64,000 bases of DNA, taken from NCBI GenBank assembly GCA_937120535.1, contig CAKZJX010000022.1:9895-73894 (forward strand), in the 5' to 3' direction. The notes under the pieces were generated by a model. It searched no databases, was not told where the DNA came from, and saw nothing but the letters and a program-made list of their open reading frames with translations. The DNA is from an uncultured Anaerolineae bacterium. GTDB taxonomy: Bacteria; Chloroflexota; Anaerolineae; Anaerolineales; Villigracilaceae. Shown here piece by piece: positions 29,542 through 39,166 of this stretch (its first letter is position 1; every line of letters begins with the position of its first letter). Both the position numbers and the translations under genes were made by a program.

Positions 29542-29554
29542 CTCAATGTCATAC

Positions 29555-29625
29555 GGCGTCGTGGCCAAGTGGTAAGGCAAGGGTCTGCAAAACCCTGACC
29601 ACGGGTTCGAATCCCGTCGACGCCT
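29555..29625 (+). tRNA. tRNA-Cys(GCA)
   Basis: GGCGTCG/CGACGCC acceptor stem, AGGGT-CTGCAAA-ACCCT anticodon arm; CCA not encoded. Confidence 0.95.
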
Positions 29626-29661
29626 CAGCTACTAGCTTAGATCGTTGCATGCCACCCCTCT

Positions 29662-29683
29662 GCGCCGCCAGGCGCTTTTTGTT
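29662..29683 (+). terminator. Intrinsic terminator of the tRNA operon
   Basis: GCGCC-GCCA-GGCGC followed by TTTTTGTT. Confidence 0.65.
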
Positions 29684-29775
29684 CTTAAAAACGTGACAGT
29701 AATCGGGAAACAGAACAAAAAAAGAGGTCTCCTACTAACATTAGGATGAACTCGTCTACAGCTGAGATATAATCG

Positions 29776-30108
29776 AGGAGTGGCGAAATTTAGGTTCGAT
29801 AAACTCATGAGCAGGATAACTGGAAAAACGCTGCTTGCGCCATGGACGTCGGTTGAAGCAGGACATCAAACGTTTCCAGGCTGCTTGCAAAGCTTCTGGA
29901 CCACGCAACAAGAAAAACAGCGCGAGCGTCGCGCCAGGCGAGCGAGATCATTGCCCAACTCGGCGTTCTTCCCTTCGGGGTCGGCCTGTGCTTGGGATCC
30001 GGCCTCCACCCCGCCGTGCCAAGCGACTCACATGGGAACACGTAGATCACAGAGACTTCCCGCGTCTTTGTGTCTCTGTATGAAAAAATTCCCTTTTTAT
30101 CCACTCCC
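29776..30108. mobile_element. MITE-like element, family 1, copy 2 (333 bp) with 8-bp target-site duplication
   Basis: Ends AGGAGTGGCGAAAT / TTTTATCCACTCCC; flanked by direct repeat TATAATCG at 29768-29775 and 30109-30116; inverted relative to 6086-6424. Confidence 0.88.
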
Positions 30109-30125
30109 TATAATCGTTAAATGCT

Positions 30126-33100
30126 ATGAGATCCTATCCTCCGTTTTATCGTTTCGCCTTCGATATTGCTTCTGAAGGCATCTTTCAAGCCAGCTTCAGA
30201 GGGGGATACATACACGTCAACGCTGCCATGGCTAGAATGTTTGGCTACACTTCACCGAACGAAATGATCGACTCGGTTGAAGATATTGCCCAAGACATCT
30301 TTGTTCTCCCAGACGAATATCGACGTTTCCAGGAAGAACTGAAAACCAAAGGGGCAATTGACCAATTCCGAACTCTACAGAAACGTAAAAATGGAACGAT
30401 CTTCTGGGTCTCGTACCGGGCATACGCCATCCGAGACTCAAAAGGCCGGCTCCGATCGTACATTGGTTTCGTCCAAGATATTACCCAACAAAAAAACATC
30501 GAGCTGGTGTTGGAACGCGTCGATAGCATGCTTCCCTCCCATCAAAGCTTGCTCGAAAACCTCCCCGCCGCTATATACATTGACACAATGAGCCAAGACC
30601 CCACCATAGGCTTCTACATTAGCTCGCACATTAAAACCATTAGCGGATATTCCCCAACCGAATGGAGCGGACGTGGCTTCTGGGCGAAAGTGATTCACCC
30701 CGACGACTACCCGAGCTTTGAGCGAGAAAACGAACGCACCGACCGAACCGGCGATCGCTTTGATATGGAATACCGCCTGATCCACAAAGATGGCCATATC
30801 GTCTGGGTACGCGATATTGCGACGGCCGTATGTGATCCCAAAGGCAAACCGATTTATTGGCAAGGGATCATGGTGGACATTACAGCTCAAAAACGGCTGG
30901 AGGAAACCATCCGCCACAGTGAAAGCCGTTTTCGGAAGGTGTTTCACAACAGCCCGGTAGCTATCTGCATTACCACGCTTGAGGAAGGGATTTTCCTGGA
31001 TGCTAACAAAGCCTATTTGACTCTGTTTGGCGTCTCTCGCGAACAGCTCATCGGTCGTTCGATTGTGGATTTAGGCATCACCGATGCGGCAACCCGTGCT
31101 CGCTGGGTAGCCGACTTACAGGCTGCCGGCGGTTTGCTGCGCAATCAACTGTTTTCGTTTCTCACTATGAACGGCGAGGTCTTACAAACCTTGGCGTTCT
31201 ACGAAATCGTTGAGCTAGAGGGCAAAAAAGCTATCCTCTCGATGTTCAACGACATCACCCCTCGCGTTCAGGCCGAACGTGCTCTGCGCAAGAGCGAAGA
31301 ACGCTATCGAGCCCTTGTCGAGAAATTGCCCGGCATAGTCCTCTTGCGCTCGGCGGAGAACACGCTGGTGACGCTATACATCAGTCCCCAGGTGGAGACC
31401 ATTCTGGGCTACACCTCGGAAGAATGGTTGGCCGATCCCGAATTCTGGGAGAAAGCTCTTCACCCCCTTGACCGAGAACACATCATTGAAAAAATCCGGC
31501 AAGCGACCCAACAGCAAAAGCCCTTTCACGCAGAATATCGCATGCTGAGTCGCTATGGCGCCATCGTTTGGATCTATGAGCAATCCCATCTGATCTACTC
31601 AAATGGTCATCCTACCTATTGGCAAGGATTTCTGCTCGATATTACCAGCAAGCGCGAAGTTCAAGAAGCCCTTGGAGAAGTTGCCGAAGTCTATCGCGGT
31701 CTGTTCGATAGCATCCAAGAAGCCATTTACGTCCAGGATTGGAACGGTCGCATCTTGGATGCCAGTCTGGGAGCCGCCAAGATGTACGGCTATCCCAGAG
31801 AAGCTTTCCTAGGAAAAACCCTGCTCGACTTCGCTGCGCCCGACAAAAACGATATCAACGCCCTGCGCCAAGCGTCAGAACAGGCCTTTGAAGGTATCCC
31901 CCAACAAGTGGAATTCTGGGGGCAACGCAGCAATGGCGAGATCTTCCCTCAAGAGGCTCGCTTCTACAAAGGCAATTACTTCGGGCAAGATGTGATCTTC
32001 GTCATTGCCCAAGACATCACTGAGAGAAAAAAGGCTCAAGAGGCCCTCGAGCGCCGGTTAAGAGAACTATCTATCCTACACGAATTGGCGCTGGAAGCCG
32101 GCCGTATTTTGAACGAAGATAAATTGATCAAGCGCGCCGGCACAATTATCCAACGCATCCTGTCCCCCGATCGGTGCACGTTCATCCTACTCAGCAATGA
32201 TGAGCGCTATCTCTATGTCCATCCGGCATCTCTGGGTCATTCGGGTGAACAGCAAACAATCTATCCGATCGAACACGGAACCATAGGGGCTGTGGTCATC
32301 ACCGGCCAGCCAGTCAGGGTTCACGACACGCGACGCAGCAAACACTATCCTCCTCTAGATGCAGAGATGCGTTCTGTGCTCTGCGTTCCGATGAAAATCG
32401 GTCAGCGGGTGATCGGGGTGATCAACCTTGAAAGCGCTCGGCCCGGCCAATTTACCGAAGATGACGAAAGGTTGTTGACCACCATTGCCGGCCAACTAGG
32501 GCCGGCCATCGAACGACTGCGAACCGAACGAGCCGAACGCGAACAGCGTCTGCTTGCTGAAGCGTTGCGAGACATTGCCTCTGCCCTGAACAGCACTCTG
32601 GACTTCAATACTGTCCTTGATCGCATCTTGGAGAATATCGGGCGCGTTGTTCCTAGCCTTGCCGCCAGCATTATGTTGATAGAAGACGACATGGCTCGTC
32701 CGATCCGTCATCGCGGTTTTTCCGAACGCGGACTGGGAGACTGGATGGACTCCTTGCGCCTAGACTGTCGAGCCATTCCCAACCTCCGGCGCATCCTGGA
32801 AACTGGCCTGCCCGATCTCATCCCCGATACCCACAATTGTCCAGAATGGATCGTCTTCCCCCAGACGGCGTGGATCCGCTCCTACCTAGCTGCGCCGATT
32901 AAGACCGATCACAAGATCATTGGCCTTCTCTCGTTGGATCACGATCAGCCCAATTTCTTCCAACAGCAAGATGCCGAACGGTTGGTGGCTTTTGCCAACC
33001 AGGCGGCCTCGGCCATCGAAAACGCTCGGCGCTACGAAGAGGAAGTCCGTCGCGCTCGCATCATTGAAACTCTGGCTGAGATCGCCAACCTTATCGCCAC

Positions 33101-35648
33101 CAACCATGACACGGAATTCCTCATCAACGAGATCGCTCAACGTTCTCTCCAACTGCTGCGAGCTAGAAATGTGGCTGTATATCTGATGGAAGAGGACAAC
33201 CAGACCCTCAAAGTAGTAGCCGCCAAAGGAGACTACTCCCAGACCCTGCTCTCTCATACCATCACGGTCGGTCAAGGGATCACCGGGCATGTGGTCCAGT
33301 CGGGCCGAGCCGAGATCATTCCCCAAATTGACCTTGATCCCCGCCGACGACACATCCCAGGCACCCCTCAAGAAGAACCTCCCGAAACCATGATGTCGGC
33401 GCCGCTGTGGTTGCGTGACAAAGTGATCGGTGCGATCAACGCCTGGCGTTTGCGAGAACATGGGGTTTTCACTGAAACCGAACTCAATTTTCTCGTGAGC
33501 ATCGCTCATCAAATCTCCATTGCCATCGAAGCCGGTCGGTTGTTCCAAGAGCTGGCACGTCGCGCTCGCGAGGCCGAAGCCATCGCCGAGGTGGGCCGGC
33601 AAATCTCCGCCACGTTGGACTTGAACGTAGTCTTGGAACGAATTGCCACCTATGCCAAGGAACTCCTACGCGCCGAAACCAGTGCTGTGTACATTGCCGA
33701 GCCGAACTCAACCCACTTGCACGCCGTGGCTGCACTTGGCAAGGATGCGGAGGCGCTAAAAAACGATCCGCTCTCCCTAGGCCACGGCATTCTCGGCAAT
33801 GTCGCCCTTCAAAAACGTGGCGAGATGATCAACAATGCTGAAAGCGATCCGCGCGCCCTCATCGTCCAAGGCACCGAAGCCACGCCGTTTGAACACATCA
33901 TGGGAGTTCCGATCCTGATCCAGGACGAATTGACCGGATTGCTGGCTGTCTGGCGTACTGGTCCGGGGCAAGAATTCAATCCGGCCGAATTGACCTTCTT
34001 GACCAACCTAGCTCAACAAGCAGCGATTGCTATTCAAAATGCCCGTCTCTTCCATGCAGAACAACAGCGCAGACAAGAAGCCGAAACCCTGCGTGAAGCC
34101 ACTGCGATTGTGGCCGCCACCCTAGACCTGAATCGCACCATTCAGGTCATTCTCGACCAACTAGCTAAGGTATTGGAGTATGACAGCGCTTCGATTCAAC
34201 TCTTGCGCAACGGCTGGCTAGAAATCGTGGGTGGGCATGGCTGGCCAAGCGATCAACCCTTGATCGGGATGGGATTCCAAATCCCAGGCGACAATCCGAA
34301 CACTCTTGTCATCCAACAACGGCGCCCCTTGATTGTCAATGTCTCCCAAAGCCCCCACTTGCTATTCCGACAGCCGCCCCATCATCATATCAAACACTGG
34401 CTAGGGGTGCCGCTGATCGCACGCGGCGAGACCATCGGTATGCTCACCGTAGAACGTTTTACCGAAGACGCTTTCAACGAAGAACACATTCGGCTGGTTA
34501 CGGCCTACGCCAACCAAGCTGCTATTGCAATTGATAACGCTCAACTGCATGAGCAACTTGAAAAACAGATCCGTCGTCTAACTTCCTTGCGTGAGATAGA
34601 TATCGCAATTGCTTCTAGTTTTGACATACGGGTAACGCTAGCTATCTTGCTCGAAAACGCCCTATCTCAATTGCGCGCCGATGCCATGTCCGTCTTGATA
34701 CACAACTCGGCCATGCAAGCTCTAGAAACTGTAGCGTCACTCGGGTTTAGAAATCCGTTGAGAAAACGCCGCGTTCACCTTGGTGAAGAGCTGGCTGGCC
34801 AGGTTGGCATCCAGCGCAAACCCTTGCAGCTTCACCAGATCAGTCAACTTCCCCAACACAGTTATATCCCCTGGCTTGCCGAAGAAGAATTCTCAACCTA
34901 TATCGCTTATCCCCTGATTAGCAAGGGACAACTCAAGGGCGTCCTAGAAGCCTTCTTCCGAACCACTTTCTCCCCCGACCGTGACTGGCTCGACTACATG
35001 CAAACCCTGGCCGGCCAAGCTGCTATCGCCGTGGACAACACCGAATTGTTTGAAAACCTACAGAGAACCAATCAAGAGCTGGCCCTGGCTTATGACACCA
35101 CCCTGGAGGGCTGGGGACGGGCGCTAGAGCTGCGCGACGAAGAGACCGAGGGCCACACCCGTCGCGTAGCGGAGCTCACCATCCGCCTGGCGCGCCGAAT
35201 CAACCTCAGCGATAGCGAGCTCGTTCACATCCGAAGAGGGGCCCTGCTGCATGACATCGGAAAAATGGCCATTCCCGACCGCATTCTGCGCAAGACTGGT
35301 CCGCTGGATGATGCCGAATGGGAACTGATGCATAAACATCCGATCTACGCCTACCAGTTGCTCTACCCCATCACCTATCTGAGACCTGCGCTCGATATTC
35401 CCCTCTACCACCACGAGAAATGGGACGGGACCGGCTATCCTTACGGGCTCAAAGGGGAACAGATCCCATTGCCGGCCCGCATCTTCGCCGTGGTAGATGT
35501 CTGGGATGCCCTGCTCTCCGACCGACCTTACCGAAAGACCTGGTCGCGAGAACAAGCGATGGAATATGTTCGCAACGAAGCGGGTAGCCGCTTTGATCCG
35601 CGGGTTGTGGAAGTCTTCCTAAAGATGATCGAAGAAGAAAACATATAA
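30126..35648 (+). CDS. Multi-sensor HD-GYP phosphodiesterase (about 5 PAS, 6 GAF, HD-GYP)
   Basis: 1840 aa; repeated PAS/PAC (IHPDD, HPLDRE) and GAF (LCVPMKIG, YLAAPI, MSAPLW, MGVPIL, LGVPLI, IAYPLI) units; LLHDIGK...HHEKWDGTGYP. Confidence 0.9.
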   Translation: MRSYPPFYRFAFDIASEGIFQASFRGGYIHVNAAMARMFGYTSPNEMIDSVEDIAQDIFVLPDEYRRFQEELKTKGAIDQFRTLQKRKNGTIFWVSYRAYAIRDSKGRLRSYIGFVQDITQQKNIELVLERVDSMLPSHQSLLENLPAAIYIDTMSQDPTIGFYISSHIKTISGYSPTEWSGRGFWAKVIHPDDYPSFERENERTDRTGDRFDMEYRLIHKDGHIVWVRDIATAVCDPKGKPIYWQGIMVDITAQKRLEETIRHSESRFRKVFHNSPVAICITTLEEGIFLDANKAYLTLFGVSREQLIGRSIVDLGITDAATRARWVADLQAAGGLLRNQLFSFLTMNGEVLQTLAFYEIVELEGKKAILSMFNDITPRVQAERALRKSEERYRALVEKLPGIVLLRSAENTLVTLYISPQVETILGYTSEEWLADPEFWEKALHPLDREHIIEKIRQATQQQKPFHAEYRMLSRYGAIVWIYEQSHLIYSNGHPTYWQGFLLDITSKREVQEALGEVAEVYRGLFDSIQEAIYVQDWNGRILDASLGAAKMYGYPREAFLGKTLLDFAAPDKNDINALRQASEQAFEGIPQQVEFWGQRSNGEIFPQEARFYKGNYFGQDVIFVIAQDITERKKAQEALERRLRELSILHELALEAGRILNEDKLIKRAGTIIQRILSPDRCTFILLSNDERYLYVHPASLGHSGEQQTIYPIEHGTIGAVVITGQPVRVHDTRRSKHYPPLDAEMRSVLCVPMKIGQRVIGVINLESARPGQFTEDDERLLTTIAGQLGPAIERLRTERAEREQRLLAEALRDIASALNSTLDFNTVLDRILENIGRVVPSLAASIMLIEDDMARPIRHRGFSERGLGDWMDSLRLDCRAIPNLRRILETGLPDLIPDTHNCPEWIVFPQTAWIRSYLAAPIKTDHKIIGLLSLDHDQPNFFQQQDAERLVAFANQAASAIENARRYEEEVRRARIIETLAEIANLIATNHDTEFLINEIAQRSLQLLRARNVAVYLMEEDNQTLKVVAAKGDYSQTLLSHTITVGQGITGHVVQSGRAEIIPQIDLDPRRRHIPGTPQEEPPETMMSAPLWLRDKVIGAINAWRLREHGVFTETELNFLVSIAHQISIAIEAGRLFQELARRAREAEAIAEVGRQISATLDLNVVLERIATYAKELLRAETSAVYIAEPNSTHLHAVAALGKDAEALKNDPLSLGHGILGNVALQKRGEMINNAESDPRALIVQGTEATPFEHIMGVPILIQDELTGLLAVWRTGPGQEFNPAELTFLTNLAQQAAIAIQNARLFHAEQQRRQEAETLREATAIVAATLDLNRTIQVILDQLAKVLEYDSASIQLLRNGWLEIVGGHGWPSDQPLIGMGFQIPGDNPNTLVIQQRRPLIVNVSQSPHLLFRQPPHHHIKHWLGVPLIARGETIGMLTVERFTEDAFNEEHIRLVTAYANQAAIAIDNAQLHEQLEKQIRRLTSLREIDIAIASSFDIRVTLAILLENALSQLRADAMSVLIHNSAMQALETVASLGFRNPLRKRRVHLGEELAGQVGIQRKPLQLHQISQLPQHSYIPWLAEEEFSTYIAYPLISKGQLKGVLEAFFRTTFSPDRDWLDYMQTLAGQAAIAVDNTELFENLQRTNQELALAYDTTLEGWGRALELRDEETEGHTRRVAELTIRLARRINLSDSELVHIRRGALLHDIGKMAIPDRILRKTGPLDDAEWELMHKHPIYAYQLLYPITYLRPALDIPLYHHEKWDGTGYPYGLKGEQIPLPARIFAVVDVWDALLSDRPYRKTWSREQAMEYVRNEAGSRFDPRVVEVFLKMIEEENI

Positions 35649-35698
35649 CTCCCGACCGATCTGCCCGCCGGGTGGGTGATAGTGGGGGGGGCCCCACC

Positions 35699-36922
35699 CT
35701 ACTTCATCACCACCCGCACAAACCGCCGCTTCCCCACCTGCAGCACACCCGGCCGCGGGAAAGGCACATCGCCCTGTTCGAGCACCTCCCCATCCAAACG
35801 GACGCCTCGCTGAGCGATCAACGAACGCGCCTTGCTGCGACTCTCGGCCAACCCTGTCTCGACCAACACATCCACCACCGTTTGCTCAGGTCGAAGAGCA
35901 TACTCCGGCATCACGTCCGGCATCTCACGCTGTTGGAACAGCCGAATAAAGTTCTCTTGGGCGGCATCAGCGGCCTCATCGCCATAAAAAATGGCCGTGA
36001 TCTCGCGCGCCAACTTCATCTTAGCATCGCGCGGATGCAATCGGCTGGCCGCCACTGCCTCTTCGATCTCCTCAATCTGCTGCGGGTGAAAGCGTGTCAC
36101 AAGCCGATAATACGTCCCCATGACATTATCAGGAATGGACATCACCTTGCCATACATATCGTCGGCAGTGGTGTTGATCGGGATCACATTGCCCATGGAC
36201 TTTGACATGCGATGCACCCCATCAGTGCCGGGCAAAATCCCACAAATGATCCCCACCAGCGGCCGTTGCCCGAGCGCTTCTTGAAGCTTGCGGCCAGCCA
36301 CGATAATGTTAAAAAGCTGATCCGTGCCACCCACCTGCACATCCGTCTGCAAAGCTACCGCATCATACCCTTGCATCAACGCATAAAACGTTTCGTGTAA
36401 GAAGATTGGCTCGCCCTTCTCCAAGCGTTTCGCAAAGTTCTCGCGGGCCAGGAACTGTTGTACAGTGAAATGCTGCCCCAACCGGATCAGGTCTACCAAC
36501 GTCAACTTAGACAACCACTCACCGTTATAGCGAATGCGCGTTTTTGACCGATCCAACACCCGAAACGCCTGTTCGGCGTAGGTGGCTGCATTCGCCATCA
36601 CCTGCTCTTCAGTCAGAATCGGACGCGCCTTATTCTTATCAGAGGGATCTCCCACCAAGGCCGTGTAATTTCCAATGAGGAACGTCACGTCATGACCCAG
36701 GTCCTGGAACTGGCGCAACTTCCGCATCGTGATCGTATGCCCCAGATGCAAGTCCGTCGAGGTCGGATCATATCCACAATAGACGCGCAGCGGTCGCCCC
36801 TCACGTTCCGCCAAGATCAACCGCTCACGGAGTTCCTCGGCCATGGCCCGTTTCAAGTCCTCATCCCCGTACTCTGTCCCTTGCATCAAGAGTTCGACCT
36901 GTTCGTCAATGCTCACGCCCAT
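35699..36922 (-). CDS. tyrS: Tyrosine-tRNA ligase
   Basis: GYDPTSTDLHLGH, YALMQGYD, QVGGTDQLFN, MSKS, C-terminal S4 domain; start approximate. Confidence 0.96.
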   Translation of the reverse strand: MGVSIDEQVELLMQGTEYGDEDLKRAMAEELRERLILAEREGRPLRVYCGYDPTSTDLHLGHTITMRKLRQFQDLGHDVTFLIGNYTALVGDPSDKNKARPILTEEQVMANAATYAEQAFRVLDRSKTRIRYNGEWLSKLTLVDLIRLGQHFTVQQFLARENFAKRLEKGEPIFLHETFYALMQGYDAVALQTDVQVGGTDQLFNIIVAGRKLQEALGQRPLVGIICGILPGTDGVHRMSKSMGNVIPINTTADDMYGKVMSIPDNVMGTYYRLVTRFHPQQIEEIEEAVAASRLHPRDAKMKLAREITAIFYGDEAADAAQENFIRLFQQREMPDVMPEYALRPEQTVVDVLVETGLAESRSKARSLIAQRGVRLDGEVLEQGDVPFPRPGVLQVGKRRFVRVVMK

Positions 36923-36932
36923 AGTCACCTCA

Positions 36933-37451
36933 TCATCGAAGAGTTCCATCCAAACGACCGTAATACGTCACACCATTGCGTTCCACGCGCCGATCCAAAC
37001 CGCACCGCTCTAGGATCGTTTCCAAGATCGCCTGTCCACCCACAAATCCGGTTTGGATAGTCCGCTCGCCCAACCGAATCTCAGCGGCCATCTGAAAACC
37101 GAACGACGAGCGCGCACCACACACCTGAACCCGTCGTCCAAGCCGCGTTGGAAACACCGCCACCTGCTGCACTTCAGGCCAGGTCAGCCGCACCGATCGG
37201 AGTCCATTCTCGAAAGAGATTCCCTCCGCATCCAGACGAATCACCGAGCGGCGATCCACCCAATTCGACAAGGAAATTGCGCTTGCGGCCAGGCCAAACA
37301 ACCCAGCCAACGCCCAATACGACCCTGGTACAGGTCCCCAACGATGACCGGCCAAGATCAGGCTAACCACCAAGCCCAACGTGACCAACCAGGCGATCCC
37401 TTCCCCACGACGGGGCGCCAACGCCGGGCGATACTCCTGGGATGGCTGCAT
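36933..37451 (-). CDS. Hypothetical membrane protein (2 TM plus possible PH-like domain)
   Basis: Two hydrophobic helices then IRLDAEGISF...LTWPEVQ; TATAAT 6 nt before ATG. Confidence 0.65.
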   Translation of the reverse strand: MQPSQEYRPALAPRRGEGIAWLVTLGLVVSLILAGHRWGPVPGSYWALAGLFGLAASAISLSNWVDRRSVIRLDAEGISFENGLRSVRLTWPEVQQVAVFPTRLGRRVQVCGARSSFGFQMAAEIRLGERTIQTGFVGGQAILETILERCGLDRRVERNGVTYYGRLDGTLR

Positions 37452-37478
37452 AAAAAAATTATACCGCGCCTACTCGGC

Positions 37479-38387
37479 TCAATGTTGCGGGTAGAGATCG
37501 GCCAAAGCGCTCTCCAAAGAAGGATATTGGAAGGAGTAACCCATCTCCAACAACCGTTTGGGCCACGCCGGACGCCCCTCGAGCACCATCGTGCTCATCT
37601 CGCCCAAGGCCAAGCGCATAGCGAACGCCGGCACATGGAACCAGTACGGTCGGTGCAGATGTCGCGCTAGGGTGCGCAGAAACTCATCGTTCGAAGTGAT
37701 ATGGGGAGCAACCAGGTTAAAGGGACCTCGCGCCTGTTCGTTGTTCAACAAGAAACGAATAGCACCCACCTCATCGGCAATATGAATCCAGGGCAAGGTC
37801 TGGCGCCCATCTGCCAATCGGCCCCCGACAAACAAGCGGATGGGGAGCTCCATCAGCTTCATGATCAGACTATCTCGCGCCAGCACAACCGAGGTGCGCA
37901 GGATCACCCGTCGAACCCCGAGATCCTCCACCGGTTGCGTAGAAAACTCCCAGGCCACTGTCAGGCGCGCCAAAAAGTCATCAGCATGAGGGGTACTCTC
38001 ATCGGCCACCTCGCCATGCACCCCATAGTGATTGATCCCCGAAGCTTGGACCAGCACGGCCGGCCGTTTCGTGGCCTGGCGCACAGCCTCCGCCACCGCC
38101 TGTCCAGCCCAGACGCGGCTGTTCCAGAAGGCCTGCTTGCGCGCCGCCGTCCAAGGCCACGAAGCCAGATTGGTGCCGGCCAGATTGACGATCGCATCCA
38201 TCTCGTTGACCAAATCACCCCAACCTTGAATGCTTCGACCATTCCACCGCACCTCGGTGCACCCTGCCGGCCACTGAACTTGCCCAGGCCCACGCGTCAG
38301 GATCCACACTCGATGCCCATCCTCCACCAACGATCGAGTGAGAGCTCGTCCGATCAAGCCAGTACCACCAGAAATCAAAACATTCAT
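37479..38387 (-). CDS. TIGR01777/YfcH-family NAD-dependent epimerase
   Basis: ISGGTGLIG, AIVNLAG, SGINHYG, PWIHIAD, GPFNLVAP. Confidence 0.92.
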   Translation of the reverse strand: MNVLISGGTGLIGRALTRSLVEDGHRVWILTRGPGQVQWPAGCTEVRWNGRSIQGWGDLVNEMDAIVNLAGTNLASWPWTAARKQAFWNSRVWAGQAVAEAVRQATKRPAVLVQASGINHYGVHGEVADESTPHADDFLARLTVAWEFSTQPVEDLGVRRVILRTSVVLARDSLIMKLMELPIRLFVGGRLADGRQTLPWIHIADEVGAIRFLLNNEQARGPFNLVAPHITSNDEFLRTLARHLHRPYWFHVPAFAMRLALGEMSTMVLEGRPAWPKRLLEMGYSFQYPSLESALADLYPQH

Positions 38388-38643
38388 TGCACCTCCTAAA
38401 AAACGAACGCTTCGAAATCAACGAAACCAACGTCGTCCAGCTTATATTCAAGCTGTTTGAGCGCTTTCCTGAGCCTCTTAGCCTCGGTCAGGGCCTGGCT
38501 GGGCACGTCAAGCGCATCCAAACGCAACTGCCGGCTCTGGCCTGACAAATTGTTAAAGTTTGGGAAATCTCTGCCACAGACACTCACAGCGCTGGTACTT
38601 TTTTCCAAACAAGCGGTATAATTCATAAAGTTACGGAGGCTCT

Positions 38644-39147
38644 ATGCACGAGCCAGTCCTTGTGCTTAACGCCAATTTCGAGCCGATCAACATCTGCAAC
38701 ACGCGACGCGCTATTGGCCTGATCCTCTCAGGAAAAGCAGCCATGGTATTAAATGGGCGCGGCTACATACATACAGTCTCTCAAATATTCCCGCGCCCTT
38801 CGGTCATTCGCCTGGAGCAGATGGCTCCTCGTCCACGCCCGCGCGTAAAACTGACACGCCGCGAAGTCTTCCGACGGGATAATTATACCTGCCAATACTG
38901 TGGACGAAAAGACGGCGATTTGACCTTGGACCACGTCACCCCACGCCACCAGGGTGGCGAGCACGTGTGGACCAACGTGGTCACTGCTTGCTCAGCCTGC
39001 AACCATCGCAAGGGCGGCCGCTCCCCAGAGGAAGCCCACATGCACTTACTACGTCCCCCAAGAGAACCTCCGGCCAATGCAGCCTACTTGTTTGGCAAGC
39101 ACCTGGAGGAATATCGCGAGTGGGAACCATACATCCAGGGATGGTAG
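38644..39147 (+). CDS. HNH endonuclease
   Basis: VLVLNANFEP, VFRRDNYTCQYCG, TLDHVTPR, NVVTACSACNHRKG; GGAGG SD. Confidence 0.92.
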   Translation: MHEPVLVLNANFEPINICNTRRAIGLILSGKAAMVLNGRGYIHTVSQIFPRPSVIRLEQMAPRPRPRVKLTRREVFRRDNYTCQYCGRKDGDLTLDHVTPRHQGGEHVWTNVVTACSACNHRKGGRSPEEAHMHLLRPPREPPANAAYLFGKHLEEYREWEPYIQGW

Positions 39148-39166
39148 ATTCCTCTGAAAAATTCTC

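Noticed and set aside
35672-35698. G-run hairpin between HD-GYP and tyrS as a G-quadruplex or special element
   Set aside because: Explained adequately as a stem between convergent genes; no further support
38644-39147. HNH as a defence or mobile system
   Set aside because: Solitary member of a common housekeeping-type HNH family, with no methylase, cas or intron context
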